Below, in pieces: positions 6,892 through 11,643 of a DNA stretch of 11,643 nt (within the stretch, counting starts at the first letter, position 1; each line of letters opens with the position of its first letter). A program made the translations under genes and the position numbers. The notes under the pieces are model-generated. The model saw nothing but the letters and a program-made list of their open reading frames with translations. It did not search any database and was not told the DNA's origin. The stretch lies in contig JBHLQM010000049.1 in the NCBI GenBank assembly GCA_048884785.1, forward strand, positions 8,850-20,492. The letters run 5' to 3'. The stretch is from Candidatus Thorarchaeota archaeon. GTDB taxonomy: Archaea; Asgardarchaeota; Thorarchaeia; Thorarchaeales; Thorarchaeaceae.

Positions 6892-7216
6892 GCATGATTT
6901 CCATCATGGTTTCTCGTGTCAGGTCCCTTACTCCTGAAATAACCATGCACGTCTGTCCTGTGATTACCGAAACCCTCTCAGATAATGTTCGAACAAGTGC
7001 AGCATCAAGACCACCAGTGAAGACCCCTGCGGATGTCGGTTCTGTTCTACCTTGACCTGGGGGGATTGCCATGGCCGATTGCCCCAGTCTATACTTCTGA
7101 GAGTCCGATAGGAATACGAGTAGACCATTCTCAAGCTCAACTATCCGGACTTTCAGTGTTCCCTTTGAGAACTGTGACTCAAACTCAGTGATATCATCGG
7201 CAGTCATTGTGTCCAT
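6863..7216 (-). CDS. Proteasome assembly chaperone 4 (PAC4/PSMG4)-like protein
   Basis: 117 aa. The strand/helix pattern LKVRIVELENGLLVFLS...LGQSAMAIP...PTSAGVF...RTLSERVSVITGQTCMVIS aligns collinearly by eye with human PSMG4 as recalled (VHFHVMRLTDSLFLWVG...LRNLAVAM...PVSTSLL...TGLAQRLARKTNKQVFVS). Low identity; the CDS is more certain than the family call. Alternative start ATG 7207. Confidence 0.6.
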   Translation of the reverse strand: MDTMTADDITEFESQFSKGTLKVRIVELENGLLVFLSDSQKYRLGQSAMAIPPGQGRTEPTSAGVFTGGLDAALVRTLSERVSVITGQTCMVISGVRDLTRETMMEIMLILKNHLVA

Positions 7217-7241
7217 CTAAGTTCGTAACGTGGGGATGCCG

Positions 7242-7256
7242 TATTAAACGCATTCG
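7242..7256 (-). promoter_or_regulatory. Putative BRE/TATA for the PAC4-like gene, spacing consistent with a leaderless mRNA
   Basis: Minus strand GAATGCG-TTTAATA; TATA at 7248-7242 ends about 26 nt from ATG 7216, and no SD is evident. Confidence 0.45.
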
Positions 7257-7333
7257 TCGTGAAAAAGGCGGGAAAAGCGATTGGAAAGCAACATGGTTAT
7301 CTAGGGTACTACTGACAGAAGTTTGGGGCTTAT

Positions 7334-9259
7334 ATGAGCGATCATTTCACATTCAAAGATTTCTTCCCCTATGCTTCAATGCGCGAGGGGCAGGGTGAGA
7401 TGATGGCTGCAATTGAGAATATTGTCAGGAATAAGCAGAATCTATGCTGTGAGGCTCCCAACGGCTTTGGCAAAACTTGTGTGGCTCTATCAGGGATTCT
7501 ACCTTGGGTCAAGGAGAATGATGGAAAAGTGCTCTATTGCGCTCGAACGCATAGGCAACTGGACCGTGTTATTGAGGAACTCACCGCCATGGAGAAAGAA
7601 GACCTCGTTAGCGGTGTGTCTTTTCGGGGGAGAGGGCATATGTGTCTCAACCCGTTTGTTCTTGAAAATGCAGATATCACAGCCCCCATCAGCGAAGTCT
7701 GCGGTCAACTCAAGGCAAGCCGTAGCTGTGCGTTCTTTGAGCGACTGAGAAACCAGACACCCGAGGATCTCTTAGCAGACCTCCCTAAGAAAGTCATGAG
7801 TGCCCCAGATATTATCAAGTATGCAAAAGGTCTGAAGATGTGTCCTTATGAGATGGCAAAGAGGCTTGCAAAGGTAGTTGACGTTGTTGCTCTCTCATAC
7901 CTGTACATATTTGACCCATTCATCCTTTCAACCTTCGTCCCTGAACTCGATATTCCATTGTCAAAAATGGTACTTGTACAGGATGAAGCACACAATGTCC
8001 CAGACACTGCTCTTGACTCAGCAAGCGATTCATTGCCTCTTGGAACAGTCAGGCAAGCCATGAGGGAGGCAGCCGATTATAATGATGAACGAGTTAGAAC
8101 ATTCTGCCGAGGGCTCGCAAAGTGTCTTCTTGACCTCTCTGCGAATATGAAGGAGGGAGAGGAGATCACTCTGAATCCCACCGGAATAATTGACACTTCA
8201 TTCAAAGAGGCGAAGCTGAAGGATGACGACGATATTCTTGACCATATGAGGGACATGGGTACAAAGATACGAAAGGGACTCCTTAAAGCTGGCAAGTTTC
8301 CGAGGTCATCCATTTTTCGTGTTGCAGAGTTTATGCTCCGATGGATAGAATATACATCAAGAACGGACTATGCATTCTTGCTCAGCGTATCTAAACTATA
8401 CACCGGGAGCAGAAGAGTTGCCCTGGACCTTGTTGCTCTTGATCCAACATTAGTGACACGTGCAATACTCAGCTCCGTTAGATCATCAATTGCCGTTTCA
8501 GGAACAATGTCTCCGTTGGATGCCTATGCTGAGATGATTGGTTTTACTGGTGATACAGCTAAAATGGCTTTTCGAAGTCCTTTTGCTGCTCAAAACCGTC
8601 TGGGTATCGTTGTCGAGGGTCTTGATACGTCGTATAACTCGCGGGGAGCTGACGTCTATGATAGAATGGTTGAGCATTGTGTAAGTGTTGCCCAAGCCAC
8701 TCCAGGTAATACGGGAATCTTCACGACCAGTTATTTCATTGCAAAAAGCCTAGTAAAATCTGGACTCGAAAAGAAGCTAGGAAAGAAGCTATTCATGGAA
8801 CAGCAGAGAACAAAGAGCTCGGAGAATGATCAGATGATTGACGAGTTCAAGAAGAAGGGAGAAACAGGCGGTGCTGTCTTGTTGGGTGTACAAGGGGGGA
8901 GGAATAGTGAAGGAGGTGACTTTCCAGGAGCAAGTATGGAAAGTGTGATTGTTGTGGGAGTACCCTATGCAAGACCCACGCCAAGAGTAGATTCTCTGAT
9001 CAGTTACTATGATAGGCGATTTGATGGTAAAGGTCGTGACTATGCATATGTCCTGCCAGCCATGACTCGCGCAGTACAGGCTGCAGGAAGACCTGTCAGA
9101 CAACTTGATGACAAGGGAGTAATAGTTCTACTCGATCAACGGTTTGCAACACCCTACCTTCGACGCTTCATGCCCTCTTGGCTTGATGAAGTCACCCGTG
9201 TGGTGCCGGACGATGTGGATATGGTTGGTCAAACAGTTAGACGCTTCTTTTCCAGTTGA
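7334..9259 (+). CDS. XPD/Rad3/DinG-family ATP-dependent 5'-3' DNA helicase with 4Fe-4S cluster
   Basis: Q motif FPYASMREGQ, Walker A EAPNGFGKT, YCARTHRQ, four Fe-S cysteines (HMCLNP, EVCGQL, SCAFF, MCPYE), DEAH, SGTMSP, SEGGDF, VGVPY, QAAGRPVR, LLDQRF. Confidence 0.95.
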   Translation: MSDHFTFKDFFPYASMREGQGEMMAAIENIVRNKQNLCCEAPNGFGKTCVALSGILPWVKENDGKVLYCARTHRQLDRVIEELTAMEKEDLVSGVSFRGRGHMCLNPFVLENADITAPISEVCGQLKASRSCAFFERLRNQTPEDLLADLPKKVMSAPDIIKYAKGLKMCPYEMAKRLAKVVDVVALSYLYIFDPFILSTFVPELDIPLSKMVLVQDEAHNVPDTALDSASDSLPLGTVRQAMREAADYNDERVRTFCRGLAKCLLDLSANMKEGEEITLNPTGIIDTSFKEAKLKDDDDILDHMRDMGTKIRKGLLKAGKFPRSSIFRVAEFMLRWIEYTSRTDYAFLLSVSKLYTGSRRVALDLVALDPTLVTRAILSSVRSSIAVSGTMSPLDAYAEMIGFTGDTAKMAFRSPFAAQNRLGIVVEGLDTSYNSRGADVYDRMVEHCVSVAQATPGNTGIFTTSYFIAKSLVKSGLEKKLGKKLFMEQQRTKSSENDQMIDEFKKKGETGGAVLLGVQGGRNSEGGDFPGASMESVIVVGVPYARPTPRVDSLISYYDRRFDGKGRDYAYVLPAMTRAVQAAGRPVRQLDDKGVIVLLDQRFATPYLRRFMPSWLDEVTRVVPDDVDMVGQTVRRFFSS

Positions 9260-10026
9260 GTGAAATTGGCTAGAACATCGGATATGCTTATTTCGCCCAA
9301 CAGTATTTTTCGAGCGTCTTCGACTGAGAGTTCACCTCTATTATTAGTCAACCATGAAAAGAGATGTCTTAGGGCTCGGATGTATCCAGCCTTTAGCTCA
9401 ATTAGAAAATCAGATTCCTCTGGGCTGCGACCAAAACGAGATGCAATAAGAACTGCAGATGATGAGTCCGTCGTGTATCCGCCAGGATGCGTTGTATGTT
9501 TCTCATTAACCAATTGCAAAACGGTGTCGGAGAGCAAATCTACCAAGGACCGCAATAAGAGTGTTGAGTATAGTTTTGACCCCAGACCAACTCGCACGAT
9601 AATATTGCTTCTTGGATGTTTTAATCTGCAAAACTGAACAAGCTTCGTAACGATGTTGGCTGCATTAATGGTTGAAGCAAGGACTCGAGTGTATACTGTT
9701 GACTTGTCAGCAAGCACGGCCATACCAATATGCAGTCCGGGATCGATTCCTATTACAATCTCTCTTGGCTGCGGAACTGATAGATAGTGCATCATTATAT
9801 CAATCGAAGTTGTCATTTCATCAGGCTCATTCTCAACTATTACTAGGCGATCTGAATGCATTTCAGATGCCTCATCTTGAGTTGTGATTACAACCTTCGC
9901 CACGTCACAGAATCTATCTCCGGGTTCGCAGCTGCGGAAATTCAAGTCCAGTTTTTCGAGAATCTTGACCACACCATAGAATGCCTTGGGATTCTTTGTT
10001 GCAACAGCTATATCATACCAAGACAT
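9229..10026 (-). CDS. Archaeal hypothetical protein with central RNase H-fold YqgF/RuvX-like nuclease domain
   Basis: IVIGIDPGLHIGMAVL, IIVRVGLG, LVNEKHTT, DSSSAVLIA correspond to YqgF motifs (hhhD-x-G-x3-GhA, VGLP, DER-x-[ST]T, DS-x-[SA]AVII). Extra N-terminal alpha/beta and C-terminal helical domains. Start ATG 10026 preferred; 10056 possible. Confidence 0.7.
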   Translation of the reverse strand: MSWYDIAVATKNPKAFYGVVKILEKLDLNFRSCEPGDRFCDVAKVVITTQDEASEMHSDRLVIVENEPDEMTTSIDIMMHYLSVPQPREIVIGIDPGLHIGMAVLADKSTVYTRVLASTINAANIVTKLVQFCRLKHPRSNIIVRVGLGSKLYSTLLLRSLVDLLSDTVLQLVNEKHTTHPGGYTTDSSSAVLIASRFGRSPEESDFLIELKAGYIRALRHLFSWLTNNRGELSVEDARKILLGEISISDVLANFTQLEKKRLTV

Positions 10027-10092
10027 TTCAATAGCCTTCTGAGCTATCCTTATCATGCAGATAGTCCCAAACTATTCGAGGTTGATTCCAAT

Positions 10093-10782
10093 TTGATTCT
10101 TCCGTCTGGAGTATCTTCGCTGGATAGATTGCTTGGGCGAGGGCTGTCAACTGGCGTTTTTACACATGTATTTGGCAAAGCAGGATCAGGGAAGACAACC
10201 TTTGCACTTATGTTTTTGAGGGGTGCTTTGAAACTTGGAGTTAAAACAATCTACATTAACTCCGAAGCTTCTTCTCCTATAGACCGCTTGGAGCAGCTGA
10301 CAGGAAAACGCTTTGATGAACTTGAACAGCAAGTTACTCTGCTTCGACCTAATAGCTTTGAAGAACAAGGGACTATTATGGAAGACCTTGAACTCTATCT
10401 AAAGGATGAAACCCGACTTGTTATCATAGACACCTTGACCCGTCTTTACAGAGCTGTTTTGGATGACAAGAAGACAACTTACATAGCGCATAGAGAATTG
10501 AATCGTCAAGCAGGCTTGCTAAAAGGGGTATCTAGAAGGAAGGATATTGCAATAATAGTTCTAAATCAGGTCCGTGCCAGAATAGACGAACCGGAGGAGA
10601 TTGAGCCTGTTGCGGCTAGCATCATGGAATATTGGTCAGATTACGTGATTCGCGTTTCAATAAAACAGGCCGCCGGCTCCAGACTCATAGAACGATTGGC
10701 GCCTGAAGGCGAACCCTCAAGTACTGTACTCATTCTGACATCAGAAGGTTTCTCTCCCATTCCGAGTCGAGAGAAAGAGTGA
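10093..10782 (+). CDS. radB: RadB-like RecA/RadA paralogue (ATPase core only)
   Basis: LPSGVSSLDRLLGRGL, Walker A GKAGSGKT, IYINSE, Walker B LVIIDTLTRLYR, IIVLNQV. In-frame TTG at 10093 has GAGGTTGA SD 7 nt upstream and gives 229 aa with no N-terminal HhH domain. The track start at 9856 overlaps the divergent gene. Symbol is tentative because the KHR motif is absent. Confidence 0.8.
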   Translation: MILPSGVSSLDRLLGRGLSTGVFTHVFGKAGSGKTTFALMFLRGALKLGVKTIYINSEASSPIDRLEQLTGKRFDELEQQVTLLRPNSFEEQGTIMEDLELYLKDETRLVIIDTLTRLYRAVLDDKKTTYIAHRELNRQAGLLKGVSRRKDIAIIVLNQVRARIDEPEEIEPVAASIMEYWSDYVIRVSIKQAAGSRLIERLAPEGEPSSTVLILTSEGFSPIPSREKE

Positions 10783-10819
10783 AATCATGTTTCAAGACGG
10801 CCATAGGGGAGCTCACCAA

Positions 10820-11380
10820 ATGTATGAAACACTTGCGCTGATTGAATTGGCCATATGGTTAGGTCTTCCAGCCTGGATAGCAAATGCAACTCCGGTTATT
10901 CTAGGTGGAGGCAGACCAATTGATAATGGACGCTTTTTCAGAGATGGCAGGAGAATCTTTGGTGATGGGAAGACAATTCGAGGGTTTATTGCAGGAGTGT
11001 TCTTTGGGACTTTAACGGGTGTTGGTCAGAGTTTGGCAGCGCCTTACCTCGAGCCACTTCTGGAACTGTACGTTGAGGTTACGCCCAGTATGCAACATGT
11101 TTTATACATGTCAATTCCGGCTGCAGTTTTCCTCTCAGTGGGAGCCCTGTTGGGTGATTTAATTGGTTCATTCCTAAAACGTAGAATAGGCATCCAAAGT
11201 GGCAATCCCTCACCAGTGCTAGATCAATTGGGCTTTATTCTTCTTGGATTGATTCTTGCAAGCCCCTTTATTCAGCCTGAGGGAGTCTACGTAGGAATAT
11301 TGGTAATCACAACCCTTGGGATTCATTGGTTAAGCAATGCAATAGGACACCTAGTAGGAATAAAGGACCATCCGTGGTGA
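10820..11380 (+). CDS. carS: CDP-2,3-bis-(O-geranylgeranyl)-sn-glycerol (CDP-archaeol) synthase
   Basis: LPAWIANATPV, GGRPID, DGRRIFGDGKT-x-RGF, GALLGDLIGSFLKRR, P-x-LDQL, H-x3-N, terminal K-x2-PW. ATG 10820 has GGGGAG SD; ATG 10787 is an alternative. Confidence 0.94.
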   Translation: MYETLALIELAIWLGLPAWIANATPVILGGGRPIDNGRFFRDGRRIFGDGKTIRGFIAGVFFGTLTGVGQSLAAPYLEPLLELYVEVTPSMQHVLYMSIPAAVFLSVGALLGDLIGSFLKRRIGIQSGNPSPVLDQLGFILLGLILASPFIQPEGVYVGILVITTLGIHWLSNAIGHLVGIKDHPW

Positions 11381-11469
11381 TATTTGGGTTCAGAGTAGTA
11401 TAATGAGTATATGAGATTCTAAAGATAGACATAAAAGGAAACATCCGGCAGTACTCATGTTCCGGCTCA

Positions 11470-11491
11470 ATTCAGAGCTCATTCAGGGCTC
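11470..11491 (+). repeat. Tandem 11-bp direct repeat with one mismatch, also foldable as a hairpin
   Basis: ATTCAGAGCTC (11470-11480) followed by ATTCAGGGCTC (11481-11491). Confidence 0.6.
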
Positions 11492-11539
11492 TAATGTGGA
11501 ACATTCTAAGTTTCTACAGTACACCGGAGTATTCCAACA

Positions 11540-11643
11540 ATGATGGTCAAAGATTATATGCAGTCAGAGGTAGTGTACGTTTCTGTACCAGGCGATAGAG
11601 AAGATGTACTTCATCTAATGGCTGAGAAGCAGATTAATGGTCT
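11540..11643 (+). CDS. CBS-domain protein, N-terminal fragment; runs off the right edge
   Basis: Not in the ORF track; hand translation MMVKDYMQSEVVYVSVPGDREDVLHLMAEKQING fits the CBS start (VKD-x-M-x3-VV...M-x4-I-x-G). GGAG SD upstream. Confidence 0.8.
   Translation, partial: MMVKDYMQSEVVYVSVPGDREDVLHLMAEKQING

Noticed and set aside
7207-9887. ORFs 7207-7398, 7413-7748, 7499-7708, 7846-8061, 7878-8063, 8077-8313, 8498-8695, 8789-9103, 9260-9637, 9672-9887
   Set aside because: Overlap the helicase, the nuclease-like gene or their promoters; no motifs.
10031-10075. Two small hairpins ATAGC/GCTAT and ATAGT/ACTAT in the nuclease/radB divergent gap
   Set aside because: 5-bp stems are expected by chance; insufficient to call an operator.
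9856-10092. 79-aa N-terminal extension on radB that could suggest full-length RadA
   Set aside because: It is antisense to the YqgF-like gene, has no HhH or FxxA features, and a strong SD precedes TTG 10093.
10186-10368. 60-aa antisense ORF inside radB
   Set aside because: Shadow of a conserved gene.
1-11643. CRISPR array, tRNA/rRNA, C/D-box sRNA, transposase/integrase, inteins
   Set aside because: No repeat-spacer periodicity, cloverleaf, convincing paired C/D boxes or mobile-element genes seen; TopA, the helicase and RadB have normal lengths and motif spacing.

Overview
A gene-dense, housekeeping-type archaeal window with no CRISPR array, tRNA/rRNA or mobile element that I can support. 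The most likely source is an Asgard archaeon. This is inferred from archaeal markers (MptE, CarS, RadB-like, archaeal TopA) occurring with eukaryote-like proteins (STT3-type oligosaccharyltransferase, an OSTC/DC2-like membrane protein, a PAC4-like protein). Gene order: <aglB/STT3 (5' part, missed by the ORF track) <gcvH <gcvT | folP> mptE> <OSTC/DC2-like | topA> small CCCH zinc protein> <PAC4-like | XPD/Rad3 Fe-S helicase> <YqgF/RuvX-like nuclease | radB-like> carS> CBS-domain protein (5' part, missed by the track)>. Most interesting points: (1) a thioredoxin-less OSTC/DC2-like subunit 3.4 kb from a eukaryote-like STT3; (2) a PAC4-like proteasome assembly chaperone candidate; (3) a 6.2 kb cluster of topoisomerase IA, zinc-finger protein, Fe-S helicase, YqgF-like nuclease and RecA paralogue; (4) a divergent glycine-cleavage/pterin-synthesis block with non-canonical motifs; (5) a perfect 18-bp palindrome in the OSTC/topA divergent promoter. 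All family calls rest on motifs and reference sequences recalled from memory; no searches were run.
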